DNA from: a virus
DNA length: 64,000 bases
IMG/VR virus record: IMGVR_UViG_3300050821_005690
Span: 1 to 64,000 of that record
Reading direction: 5' to 3' (one strand)
A program made the position numbers and the translations under genes. The stretch's first letter is position 1, and each line of letters opens with the position of its first letter. Under the pieces are notes generated by a model that ran no database searches, was not told the DNA's origin, and was given only the letters and a program-made list of their open reading frames with translations. This document shows positions 18,358 to 27,907 of this stretch, in pieces.

Positions 18358-20447
18358 GCCTCCACCCCGAAGATCGTCTGGTAGAGGTGACTGTCGTACT
18401 GCCGCCGGTACTTGCGGATCATCTTCATGGCGGCGGCAGCCTGCCGGGGCCGCAAGCTGGCCTGGGCGGCAAGCTCGCCCCCGAAGATTGTGTCCAGCTT
18501 CGAGAAGCCCACCCCGTTCTCGTAGCGAGCGTGATCCTCGTCGTAGGCCGCTACGGTCCGCAGGGCGGCGTGGATCGCGGCAATCCGCTCGGGGGTGAGG
18601 GTAGCCGCCACCTCATCCAACCGCGCTCTGCGATCGTCCTTGGCCTGCTGCTCGGCCATCTGCTCGGGAGCCAGCGGGACTACCGAGACCTCGATCTCGG
18701 GCCGCTCCTTCTCGGTGCCCTCGGTCTTCTGGTTCAGGGCCCGATCGATCACCTCCTGCTTCTGGACGACCATCTTCGCCATCCTGGCGTCCAGGCTGTC
18801 GTCGAGCACGAGGTGCTGCACCAGGACACACTCGGTCTGGCCGATCCGGTGCGCACGGTCCTCGGCTTGGCTGATCCGCGCCGGGGTCCAGTCGAGTTCC
18901 GCGAAGACCACATGGGAGCTTGCCGTCAGGGTCAGCCCCTCGCCGGCCGCCCGGATGTTGCCGACGAAGAACCGGATGTTCGGGTTGGTCTGGAAGGCGT
19001 CCTTGATACCGTCCCGCTTCTCCTGGGGCGTCTTGCCGGTGATCGAGACCACACCCTGGTCCCGGACCGCATCGCAGATCGCGTCGACGACGTCCTGGTG
19101 CCAAGCGAAGCAGAGAATTTTTCCGGTTGTCTCCTTGAGGTGCTCGATCACGTAGGGCACCTTCGCGATGGCGGTCTCGTGGCGGGCCTTGGCCATCTCC
19201 GAGAAGGCAATCCCACTTACCTCGTTCAGCGCCTTGACCGCGATCTTGTAGGCTTCCTCGTCGCCCTCGGCCTCGGCCCGCTGCTTCGCGGCGTTTGCTT
19301 GGGCGATCGCGTTCTCGGTCTTCTCGTAGACGTCCTTCTCCCGCTTGATCGCCGCCGTAATGGTCGCGTCGTCCTCGTCGTAGGTCAGCGGAACCACCTG
19401 CCGCCGCTTCGCGGGCAACTCGGTCAGCACCTCGTTCTTGAGACGCCGCACCATCACCGTCTCCCGCAGCCGCGCGTTCAGTTCGTCGAGCCGCGAGTCG
19501 CCGCTGGTGTCATAACCGAAGCCGTTGTACTGGGCTGCGCAGTAGCGCCGGGTGAAGCTCGACCAGGAACCCCACCGCTTCGGATCGAGGTTGTGCAGCA
19601 AGGGGTAGAGTTCGGCGGGCCGGTTCAGGATCGGCGTGCCGGTCAGCATCAGGCGCTTCCGCGCCGTCACCCCCGCTACGGTCACCCGCTTCTTGGTCTC
19701 CTTGTCCAGCTTGGTGCCGCCGAGCAAAGTCAAGGTCCGCTGCGCCGTGCGGGTCTTCATGTTGTGGCACTCGTCGTAGACCGCCAAGTCCCAGTCGGTG
19801 CTGGTCAGTACGGCCGCGTACCGGGTCACGATGTCGTAGTTGATCACATACCAGCCGTCCGGCTTGCCGGTGAACACCAAGCCCGGCCGGATGATGTGGA
19901 CCGGCATGTCGGCCAAGGTCTGCCACTTGTTGATTTCGTTCCGCCAGTTCGCCAGCAAGCTCGCTGGCGCAACCACCAGGATTTTCTTCGGCGCCGGCAC
20001 CATCGCATTGGCCACCGCGATGGCCTGGATGGTCTTGCCGAGTCCCATTTCATCACCGATCAGGGTGCCCGCGCGCGGCATCGCGTAGGCCACGCCGGCC
20101 TTCTGGAAGGGCATCAGGGCGAGGCCCTCGGGGATGGGGATTTCGATCGCCGCGTCGGTCGCCCGGCTGGCAGCCGCAGCCTGCTCACGATCGACCGCGC
20201 TCATGGTCGACACCCAGTGGGTCACCTCCCATCTGCCCTCGCCGTCGAAGTTGTTCTTGCCACAACCGAAGCCCGCAGCCTTCAGGAGGGGTTTGCGAGA
20301 GTTCCAAACCTCCCACCATTTATCTTTGATTTTCTCGGTAATCGGGGCGGTGCATAACTGGCGCTCGCCGAACTTGGTCATGACAATTTTGGGCTTGGAG
20401 AAGGCCAGCCCGACCTCGGTCTCCAGGCGCTCGATGGTCTCTGTCAT
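18354..20447 (-). CDS. SNF2-family (HARP/SMARCAL1-like) helicase
   Basis: DEMGLGKT, DECH, LTGTP, RRLK.EVL.ELP.K, GEGLTLT, QAEDRAHRIGQ. Confidence 0.93.
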   Translation of the reverse strand: MTETIERLETEVGLAFSKPKIVMTKFGERQLCTAPITEKIKDKWWEVWNSRKPLLKAAGFGCGKNNFDGEGRWEVTHWVSTMSAVDREQAAAASRATDAAIEIPIPEGLALMPFQKAGVAYAMPRAGTLIGDEMGLGKTIQAIAVANAMVPAPKKILVVAPASLLANWRNEINKWQTLADMPVHIIRPGLVFTGKPDGWYVINYDIVTRYAAVLTSTDWDLAVYDECHNMKTRTAQRTLTLLGGTKLDKETKKRVTVAGVTARKRLMLTGTPILNRPAELYPLLHNLDPKRWGSWSSFTRRYCAAQYNGFGYDTSGDSRLDELNARLRETVMVRRLKNEVLTELPAKRRQVVPLTYDEDDATITAAIKREKDVYEKTENAIAQANAAKQRAEAEGDEEAYKIAVKALNEVSGIAFSEMAKARHETAIAKVPYVIEHLKETTGKILCFAWHQDVVDAICDAVRDQGVVSITGKTPQEKRDGIKDAFQTNPNIRFFVGNIRAAGEGLTLTASSHVVFAELDWTPARISQAEDRAHRIGQTECVLVQHLVLDDSLDARMAKMVVQKQEVIDRALNQKTEGTEKERPEIEVSVVPLAPEQMAEQQAKDDRRARLDEVAATLTPERIAAIHAALRTVAAYDEDHARYENGVGFSKLDTIFGGELAAQASLRPRQAAAAMKMIRKYRRQYDSHLYQTIFGVEA

Positions 20448-20475
20448 TTTTCAACCCCTATGTCTTCCGGGGCTA

Positions 20476-20529
20476 AAAATATCAATCGGGAAAAACAGTG
20501 TCAAGGGGTAGAAGGGGAAAATCCGCCCC
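20476..20529 (-). promoter_or_regulatory. sigma70-like promoter for the helicase with both repeated boxes
   Basis: Minus-strand TTGACA-17 nt-TATTTT; AAAACAGTGTCA 20492-20503; GGGGAAAATCCGCCCC 20514-20529. Confidence 0.6.
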
Positions 20530-20778
20530 TTTTTTAACTGGCTTCGGCGTGGGGCACGGCTGGGCAGGGATTGGTGAGCACCTTGAACTCTTCCGGCATG
20601 ACCAGCGTCGTTTTGCAATCGCGGTGTGTGCAATAATACCAGCGCGAGTAGTAGAACGGCTGCCGCAAGTGCCTCTCACGGATTTGGTCGTGCTCGCGGA
20701 TTTGCGTCGGACGATGGCAGCGCGGGCAAGGCGGACCATATTCGCCGACGACGATGTGGTGCTTGTGTTTTTTGCTCA

Positions 20779-21120
20779 TTACAATGCAGCGGCCTTCCGC
20801 AGCATGGCCACGACCTCGGCCTTGGTTCGTCCTGGCACGTCGTTCCACAAATGGACATAGCGCGTGCTAACAAGCCCCGACAGTTTATTGCAGAGGGCGC
20901 TTCTGAGAACGTAAGAATGCGGGCACGCTAAAAACAAAGCTCGCGAGACGCAAACGGGGCCGGGCTTGTCGGGGGTGCCGGGTTCTTCTGCCGTGCCCTG
21001 GCACCAGCCCCTTTGCTCGATAAGGTCAATGGCGTCGAGGCACACTTGCGCCTGCGTCCTGACCGAGACCCAGGCAGCGGCTTGCGCGTTTGCTGGCTTG
21101 CATTGCGGGTCAAAAAACAT
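20779..21120 (-). CDS. DUF6197-like phage protein
   Basis: IEQRGWCQG...C..RAL...WND.PGRTKAEVVA.LR.AA. Confidence 0.65.
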   Translation of the reverse strand: MFFDPQCKPANAQAAAWVSVRTQAQVCLDAIDLIEQRGWCQGTAEEPGTPDKPGPVCVSRALFLACPHSYVLRSALCNKLSGLVSTRYVHLWNDVPGRTKAEVVAMLRKAAAL

Positions 21121-21877
21121 TGATCACCTCGCGCTCAACCTGATCGGACATCGGGGGCTTACTCAAAACCCCGGCACGCCAAGCGCGGCAACTCTGACTA
21201 CTTCGGCTTGCAGGCGCTCGTTCTCGTGCAACAGGTCCGAGGCCGCCTTTGATATTTCGGCCTTGTCAGCCTCAAGCCGATCGATCTCATCGGCGGCTTC
21301 CACCATCAGCTGGCTGCCGCGCAACCGCAGCCGCTCCACGAGGCTGTTCATGATACGTAGACTCCTTGGGTTATGAAGGTGTGGTACGACACCCACAGGT
21401 GCCCATGGTTATCCCAGCGCCATGCTCGCTTGTCGAGCTTCCCGCTCTCGCAGATCGCGCGGATGTCGGCGTACTGCGGAGCTTCGGGCAGGATCTTCAC
21501 CCGAGCCCATTGGCCGGGGTAATCGTCGGCTAGACTGTACTCGCTGAAGCCATCACCCATCTTTTCCTCAGTCTGGAGAAGTTGCGCATGGGGGGTCTCG
21601 CACGATAGGAATGATCCGCCAGTCAGACCCAAAATCCCCATGCCTGGAATTGATATACTCCCGAGCCTTATCCTCTGACGAGAACACAGCACGTATCCAA
21701 GGCTCATCGTTATCAGTATGAACCACCAAATACTCATATTCCATGATCACTACCTCTCGATAGGTGAGGGCTGCGCCTACCGCGCGAATTACGGTCATGG
21801 GCACAGCCCTCTAGCGGGCTTCTGATCGCTCCCACTATCGCCACCGCTTCATGAGACGGTGTGGTGGGCAGCGCCCG

Positions 21878-22042
21878 CTAACTTGTTGGCTTGGCGGGCC
21901 ATGGTCCAGTTCTAAGCACCTGCATGGCGTGCGCCGCGTTAAGGGCGGCCTGGGTGAACCGCATGGCGTCCGTTGAATCGCTTGCGGTCAAGGCCCTGTC
22001 TACGAGCTTGTGGACTTTTTCGTTATCGTTCACTTCGGTCAT
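21878..22042 (-). CDS. small protein (54 aa, DAMRFTQAALNAAHA), not in ORF track
   Basis: GGAG RBS then ATG 22042; TAG stop at 21878-21880; flanked by stem-loops. Confidence 0.65.
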   Translation of the reverse strand: MTEVNDNEKVHKLVDRALTASDSTDAMRFTQAALNAAHAMQVLRTGPWPAKPTS

Positions 22043-22491
22043 CGGGTTCTATCTCCGATAGGTGGTGGCGCTTGTTTGGTGTTTCAGCGGTGCGCCAACC
22101 TAGCCCGCCGTTACCTCACTGAACGCGACTAATTTTGATTTGGCAAACGCGCTCGCCCTCCGCGGTTGGGCGGTAATGTACGAGATGATCGTTTTCGCGC
22201 TCAGCCAAACCCTGCGCGCAAAGCTTGTCGCATTGTTCGAGCAATTGATCTGGCGGCGAGGACCACCCTTCAAAACCCGCCTCGCGCTCCGCTCGCGCGG
22301 CCATGATCAATCCCGCCAAGACCTCGTCGTCAGTCATTGAGATACCGAAGCGAAGAGGCAGCGCACACCAAGCTTGAACATCTCCCACTGGCTCATGCGC
22401 CACTGCATCCTCGTCTCCGGGTTCAGATCCTCGATGAACAATACGCCGCCCAAAAAGCGTATGCGAGGGCCGGTCGGGTGCCAAAACAGGG

Positions 22492-23058
22492 TCATGAGAC
22501 TTTCGCCTCCAGAAGCCTGCGCGCGCGATCGTGAGCGGCGCGGTAGGGCTGTACGAGCGCGCGGACGACGGTGGCTAGCTCGGCATCGTTCGGCGGCCAG
22601 TGCGGGTTGATAACGCCAGCGGCAGCCTTCCCGCAGGTCGCCTGGATGGCCCAGGCCGGGAACTTCCGCAGCACCCCGAGCGTGATCATGACCGTGGTCG
22701 CTACCGTATCGCCCTGCTGGCGCATCGACCGGAATCCGGCAAACATCGTACCCAAGCACGCCTCTAAATCTGTTCGGTCGTCCGGGCCGTAGGGTTCAAT
22801 CACGGGGTCGAGCGCCGCCTTGCGCGCCTCAATCGCATCTCGTTCCTCCGCCGACAACGGCCGGCGTATCTCGATGTCACCGTTATTTTCCCGGAAACAA
22901 ACCAGCGTCTGGAACTTCCGGTCCACTGTTGGGTCGAAGATCGGCGGCAGTTCGTCTGGATCGGGCCTCGTGTGCTTCACGAGTTTTTTCGAGGGCGTAG
23001 TCTGCGAAGGTTTTACGTGCTGCAGAACCTGCTGTACCGGATTGCCGATGGTGTCCAT
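22492..23058 (-). CDS. replication-module protein (position of lambda P / helicase loader)
   Basis: GGAGG 8 nt before ATG; L..FPAWAI..C...W.P..AEL motif; follows the initiator gene. Confidence 0.6.
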   Translation of the reverse strand: MDTIGNPVQQVLQHVKPSQTTPSKKLVKHTRPDPDELPPIFDPTVDRKFQTLVCFRENNGDIEIRRPLSAEERDAIEARKAALDPVIEPYGPDDRTDLEACLGTMFAGFRSMRQQGDTVATTVMITLGVLRKFPAWAIQATCGKAAAGVINPHWPPNDAELATVVRALVQPYRAAHDRARRLLEAKVS

Positions 23059-23809
23059 TCACCAATCCTCCCTTTTTGTCCGCCCGTCTCCGCAGGAAGC
23101 CATCGAACGTCGCGTTCCAGTCGGCCTTGCGAGCTATCTGCCGGTTCGAGTTCGCCGTCGCCCACTCACGCATCCGGTCCGCGTCGTCTTGGATTTCAAA
23201 GTCGGCCAAACCAAGGCGGTGCCCGAGTGCGATCGAACCGATGCTCGGTTGCCAGTCGGCTGGTAGCGTGGCCCCCCGGTTCCGAGGTTCCTTTTTCGAT
23301 GGCGACTCCTGGCGCGCGCTCGCCCCCCCGGAGGGGGGTAGGGGGGTTCTTTCTTTCTTTCCTTCTTTATCTAAATCTGAGTCTAGAATCTGCATTGCAA
23401 CCGCATGCGTCTGCAATGCGGATGGTATGCGGCCCGCATGCCCGTTTTGTTGAATCTGTTGAGCTTTTTCCCATCTTGCGCGAGCTGCCTTTTCAGCCGC
23501 CAATTTTTTGGCCACAATTTGGTTTTCGCGCTCCTCTAAAAGAGCGTTTGCGATCGGGTTGAAATAACCCTTATCTATCAACAAAAGGCGGTTGCAGGCG
23601 CATAGCGTATGCAATGCGTTCGCAGTCACGCGCTTTGCAAGCCCTGTGCGCACCGCAATGGCGTCGACGCTGTCCGGACAGCAGGTGCCATTCTCATAGA
23701 TGCGTAGGAGGACGATCAGGTAGACGAGCTTCTCGGGCGCTGGCATGCCGGCGAGGGCCCCAAGGAGTTTTGTGGGAAAGCATTTGAACCACGGGAGCTT
23801 GTCTGCCAT
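22883..23809 (-). CDS. replication initiator, DUF1376/YdaU-like with DnaT-like C-terminus
   Basis: LPWFK.FP...L...M...E..VY..LL..YE N-terminus; LPADWQPS...K.DW.ATF C-terminus. Confidence 0.75.
   Translation of the reverse strand: MADKLPWFKCFPTKLLGALAGMPAPEKLVYLIVLLRIYENGTCCPDSVDAIAVRTGLAKRVTANALHTLCACNRLLLIDKGYFNPIANALLEERENQIVAKKLAAEKAARARWEKAQQIQQNGHAGRIPSALQTHAVAMQILDSDLDKEGKKERTPLPPSGGASARQESPSKKEPRNRGATLPADWQPSIGSIALGHRLGLADFEIQDDADRMREWATANSNRQIARKADWNATFDGFLRRRADKKGGLVNGHHRQSGTAGSAARKTFADYALEKTREAHEARSRRTAADLRPNSGPEVPDAGLFPGK
23345..23640. other. probable replication origin inside the initiator gene
   Basis: Pyrimidine/AT-rich tract 23347-23390 next to repeated GCAATGCG/GCATGC/TATGC units. 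Confidence 0.5.
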
Positions 23810-24041
23810 GGGCGTTCCTCCGCCTTGTGTGCGTCACGCTTTGTCCCCGCTATCCTTGTTCCCCCACAGGATTTCTGAAGCGGGTCGCGACTCAAACGTC
23901 GCCAGTAGATCCCTCCATGATCGGGCGGTTGCCCGCAAGCCGCGTGCTTCGGCTATTGCGATTCGTTGTTTAATGTCACGGATGGCTGCGGTCTTCTGGG
24001 GTTCCGTCATGATGCCATCTTAGAGGCGAGCGGACTGACTC

Positions 24042-24761
24042 TTAGCCTCCTCGCACTCGTTCCATGAAAGCAGATTCGCAACCAGGGTGCAGCCAGCGCA
24101 GGAAACTCCCGACGAGAATCTCGCGCTCAGTGCCGTCGTGCGGCTTGTTGCATTGGTGGCAAGTGCGGACGGCTGGCGAAAGTGTGTCGATTGTGCTGAC
24201 TTCGGGAGGATAGATCGTAAATCTTTTGGCGTTGGCGACGTTCGCCATGATTTCGGTAATCGGCACTTTCCGTGAGATGGATCGGTTTGGTTGGTGATTG
24301 TCATTGCGCTCCCATCGTTCCTCGCCTTGCTTCCAAAACCAGATTCGTAAAGGTTGGAATGGAATCCACACACAGTCGAGACAAGTAACCTTTCTCCAGC
24401 TTTCAGCGGAAAGATCAGAAACGTCTGCGTGGCAGACAAATAAGACTGTCGCCTTGCTTGGTTCATCTAGATCAATCCATCCGCGCTTTTCCTTTCCAGG
24501 GACAGAGCACGACCATGTTTCAAGATTGATTTTTTCGGCAGGCCCTCCTTTTCGCAGGCCCCGGATGATCTTCTCGTCAATGCTGTGCTCCGGCTTGCCG
24601 TCTTTAGTGCGCCTCAAGGACACGTCGACATGAAGGCGCTGCATCGAATGATCGCCTGGGAATCTTTCGACTATCCACCCCCGAAGCCGGTAAAATGGAT
24701 CAAGGAACTTTCCCGCGATCTGCTTTTGCCACTCGTCGTCTCGCACAAACTCGCGTATCAT
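24042..24761 (-). CDS. PD-(D/E)xK nuclease-like protein
   Basis: MQRLHVD...SIDEK...NLETWS...GW; ATGA overlap with the MT-A70 gene. Confidence 0.55.
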   Translation of the reverse strand: MIREFVRDDEWQKQIAGKFLDPFYRLRGWIVERFPGDHSMQRLHVDVSLRRTKDGKPEHSIDEKIIRGLRKGGPAEKINLETWSCSVPGKEKRGWIDLDEPSKATVLFVCHADVSDLSAESWRKVTCLDCVWIPFQPLRIWFWKQGEERWERNDNHQPNRSISRKVPITEIMANVANAKRFTIYPPEVSTIDTLSPAVRTCHQCNKPHDGTEREILVGSFLRWLHPGCESAFMERVRGG

Positions 24762-25768
24762 TCGGCGGCCTTCGCTTGCGTCTCTGCCCCCCAAGCTGCC
24801 CACCCATCGCGGGAAGTGCCCCGACGAAATAGCTCTATCTTTCTGGCGTCAGGATACATGCGTTCAACAATTTGGTGGAAGACTTCCGGCTTTGCCGAGT
24901 GCTCACCGCGAGGAGCCTCAACCACACTGTCCGGTAGACTTTCCGGTGCGGGGGCTGGATGATCTCCGCGTCGACATATCAGCAAAATCTCGTGCCGCTG
25001 CCGCACATACTTGCCGAGCCCTATCGAGGGCTTCACCCAAACCATCTGCGTGCGGTAGGCAAAGCCCCACGCCTCTGAGGTCTTCAGCGCCATTTCGATC
25101 ATCGACGGTGTCGCCCACAAAAACAGCATCGCCTGATCGTGCGCGATTTCGCTTACCGGCAATGCGAGAATGTCGGCAAACTTCATTGTCGGGTAGTGAT
25201 TTTCAATCGAACGATCACTCTTGCCAAACTCGTCGTCCCACGGGGGGTCGGCGAGGATCAAAGAGAACTTGCCAAGGTTTTTGGCGTTCAACGCGACCTT
25301 CTCAACGCGCTCGTTAACACCTTGCTGCTGTACCGATACCCGCTCCGCCCGAGCAGCAATCTTCGCAGCCTCTTCGCCGCTGAGTCTTGGGGAATTTTCC
25401 CCAGAGCCGCCTTTGTTTTTATTAGCTTTTTTGGAGTCTCCTGGGGAATTTTCCCCAAGGTCCTGCGAAACCGTCTTGTGATCAGCACCAAGGGTTTTGC
25501 CTATCGCCCTGGTACTGGCCGCTGGCTGTAATTGTTTGATGCGTTTGGCAATGCGCTTGCGATCCTCGGCGATGGCGCGGAATCGCTCTAAGTTGATGCT
25601 GCTGAGAAACTCATTGATGTCCTTGAAGCCAGCACCGCACTTCTTCCAATCATTTCCAGCTATCAAACTCTCTAGCCGCTGAAAAGCGCGCTCCAGCGTG
25701 TAGCCGGCAACGTGCAAACCCTCTTGCAGCTCGCCATAGAGTTGGTCGGGGAAAATTTTTGCAGGCAT
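24758..25768 (-). CDS. MT-A70 family N6-adenine methyltransferase with N-terminal HTH
   Basis: ILADPPW, HYPTM, LFLWAT, WGF.Y....WVK, R..HE.LLI, HSAKP, KIELF.R; HTH STRAIGKTLGADHKTVSQDL. Confidence 0.9.
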   Translation of the reverse strand: MPAKIFPDQLYGELQEGLHVAGYTLERAFQRLESLIAGNDWKKCGAGFKDINEFLSSINLERFRAIAEDRKRIAKRIKQLQPAASTRAIGKTLGADHKTVSQDLGENSPGDSKKANKNKGGSGENSPRLSGEEAAKIAARAERVSVQQQGVNERVEKVALNAKNLGKFSLILADPPWDDEFGKSDRSIENHYPTMKFADILALPVSEIAHDQAMLFLWATPSMIEMALKTSEAWGFAYRTQMVWVKPSIGLGKYVRQRHEILLICRRGDHPAPAPESLPDSVVEAPRGEHSAKPEVFHQIVERMYPDARKIELFRRGTSRDGWAAWGAETQAKAAE

Positions 25769-25815
25769 AAGTCCTCCCATTGAGTCGGGGTCGGGGAACA
25801 TTTTCCCTGCCAGGA

Positions 25816-26301
25816 CTAGCGCGAGTCCGTTATGCTGTCCACAGTCGCCTTGTCAAAAAGAGGTCCGTAGTCGATCAGGGCCGGATTCGCCGTCAAGGGG
25901 ATGATCTCAATCCGTAGCCGGGGCCGCGTGGAATAGAGTTTGAAGGCCTCAGCCCAGACGATTTGCGCATCGTCGTGCCAGACGATTTTGTTCAGTGCAT
26001 CGCAGCCTATCTTCAAAATGTTGTCGTAATCCGGCTTGCTCGTCGGTCGAATGGTGCCAACCAGGGCGGCTTGGCGTTCCTTTATCGACCAGGACTTGGG
26101 TACGCGCAGGTAGGCGGTCACCCTAACCCGCAGAGGGCCGTCCAGCGGCTTTTTCCCGCGCATGGCTTGTAAGGCCATGTAGCCCAAAGCCTGCTCGTAG
26201 GCCGCTGTTTTGGCTGGCGTGTAGGTGTGCGGGCCGCCCTTGGAGGTAAACCGAGGACGGCCCTTTGCGACTGGATCGCCGTCGAGTTCGACGACAATCA
26301 T
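25816..26301 (-). CDS. rusA: RusA-family Holliday junction resolvase
   Basis: P.AKGRPRF, YTP.KT..YE, KPD.DNI.K..DALN..VW.DD.QIV. Confidence 0.9.
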   Translation of the reverse strand: MIVVELDGDPVAKGRPRFTSKGGPHTYTPAKTAAYEQALGYMALQAMRGKKPLDGPLRVRVTAYLRVPKSWSIKERQAALVGTIRPTSKPDYDNILKIGCDALNKIVWHDDAQIVWAEAFKLYSTRPRLRIEIIPLTANPALIDYGPLFDKATVDSITDSR

Positions 26302-26805
26302 TTACGCTTCGGCGGCGAAGGGCAGTTGGTGGACGTTGTCGTCGTCCTGCTGCTCGACGTCGCGGGACTCGGCTTCGCCGGGTCCGGTGATGACGTTCTC
26401 GTTTTCGTCGCCCTCGTCACCCACCTCGTCGCCCATGGGGAGCCTCGGGGCCGACTCGGCCCGGGCGGTTACGCCCAGGACGTCCTCGTAGTAGGCGCGG
26501 TGGGCGAGGCGGTCGTGGAGGCGACCGGGGTCCTTCTTCAGTAATTTCATAGCATCGCGGAAGGCTTCTGGGTGAAGTCCGTCGTTGTCCGCCGAGGTGC
26601 GGATGGCGGAGCCCATACGCCCGCCAAGCTCGGCGGTTGTCTCCTTGGAGTGCTGGTACTGCCGGGCGAGGTCCTTGAGCTTGCGTTCCGAGGGCATTTT
26701 CATGACTTCGGACGGCTTGACGGCGGCGCTTCTCTTCGGGGCGGCAGCGGTCTTCTTCGCCTTCGTCTTCGGGGCGGCTTTCTTCGCCCCCTTTTTCGGT
26801 GCCAT
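26302..26805 (-). CDS. GapR/DUF2312-like DNA-binding protein with Lys-rich N-terminus
   Basis: KKGAKKAAPK tail; GL.PEAF..AMKL.K.D....YYEDVLG resembles the GapR C-terminal helix. Confidence 0.5.
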   Translation of the reverse strand: MAPKKGAKKAAPKTKAKKTAAAPKRSAAVKPSEVMKMPSERKLKDLARQYQHSKETTAELGGRMGSAIRTSADNDGLHPEAFRDAMKLLKKDPGRLHDRLAHRAYYEDVLGVTARAESAPRLPMGDEVGDEGDENENVITGPGEAESRDVEQQDDDNVHQLPFAAEA

Positions 26806-27537
26806 ATCTCAATCCCTTTCAGTGTTTGCAGGTTAGGCCTTCAGCCTCGGCATCATCTCTCATGATGTCGTGCAGCATCGATGCGATCATCACCTCTGGC
26901 GGGTCGCCGGTAAAGCGCTGTAGATGGCGGAGCCATACATAGACGCGATTATCCACTTGCACGTGGAGGTCCACCTTCGGCAGGTGCTCTTCGAAATGGA
27001 CGATCTTGGCCATGGCGCGGCGCGCATAGATGATTCTCGTGGCAATTACTAGGCGAGGGGCGGCTTTTCCCTTTGAGGGGGGGTGGGTGGAGGCCGGAGC
27101 TGCGCACTATCGGCCAGCCGCCTTGCTCCGGTCTCCTGTCGGCGGGGGATGAGTCCGCCGATTTACGCAAGGGAAGCATCCGCCGCCCAACAGGTGAATG
27201 TTGTTATGCCGGGATGCCTCCCCGCCTCGTCGACATGCCTTCGGCAAAAGCTAAGCATGCCGACTAGACAAAAAGGCGGGGCTCCTTTCACCCCTTGATC
27301 TTGGCCGATGGCGCGTCCCAAACATCCGTCGCTGGAGGAGTTGTCCACGCCATTTGAACGTCACCACGCGGATGACACCGTCCATATCGCACAGGCGCTT
27401 ATGACGCTGGTGCGATCGAAGTTCAGCCATGAAGCGGTCGATATTGTCGACCGCTAGGCGCCTACACTGGCAACAGCCGAGCCGACATCCGCCGCCCGTG
27501 AGCATTTGCTGAGGATGGTTCTCGCAAAATTCGATCA

Positions 27538-27801
27538 CTAGCCCTTGTCCATGAACACGGGTTCGAGCACAGGGAAGTTCTTTGGCTTGCCGTTCTGGCC
27601 GCGTGGCCAGCGGGTGCGAAACTTCCGCATGACCCGGTCGAGCTTGTCGATCGAGATCGACTGGTCGGAGTTGGCGATATCGGTCAGGAAGACGCCCCGT
27701 CCGTAGAACTCGCGGCTGACGTCGGACAAGCTCTTGCCTGTTAACTCGGCGTAGGCGTGAGCTACGATGCCGATGTTTTTGCGGATTGTTTGTGCGATCA
27801 T
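27538..27801 (-). CDS. Cro-like HTH regulator
   Basis: AYAELTGKSLSDVSREFYGRG.FL; first gene of the leftward arm at a divergent promoter. Confidence 0.6.
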   Translation of the reverse strand: MIAQTIRKNIGIVAHAYAELTGKSLSDVSREFYGRGVFLTDIANSDQSISIDKLDRVMRKFRTRWPRGQNGKPKNFPVLEPVFMDKG

Positions 27802-27907
27802 AGTGGGTTGCCCATAGCACACCCAAATATAGTTGCCAAGCGGCCTTGACAAGGGGGCGCATTTTCCCCCATTTCTGGAAAATAGTGTCACGGAAAGGAC
27901 CGAACCA
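27802..27907. promoter_or_regulatory. divergent early promoter region
   Basis: TTGACA 27846-27851, GGGGGCGCATTTTCCCC and AAAATAGTGTCA 27879-27890 between divergent genes. Confidence 0.65.

Noticed and set aside
18315-20357. 680-aa plus-strand ORF
   Set aside because: Antisense shadow of the SNF2 helicase, expected from high GC at third codon positions; no motifs.
22975-22995. A6 run as a programmed frameshift joining the initiator and the downstream gene
   Set aside because: Joining them needs a +1 shift, and the downstream gene has its own strong RBS.
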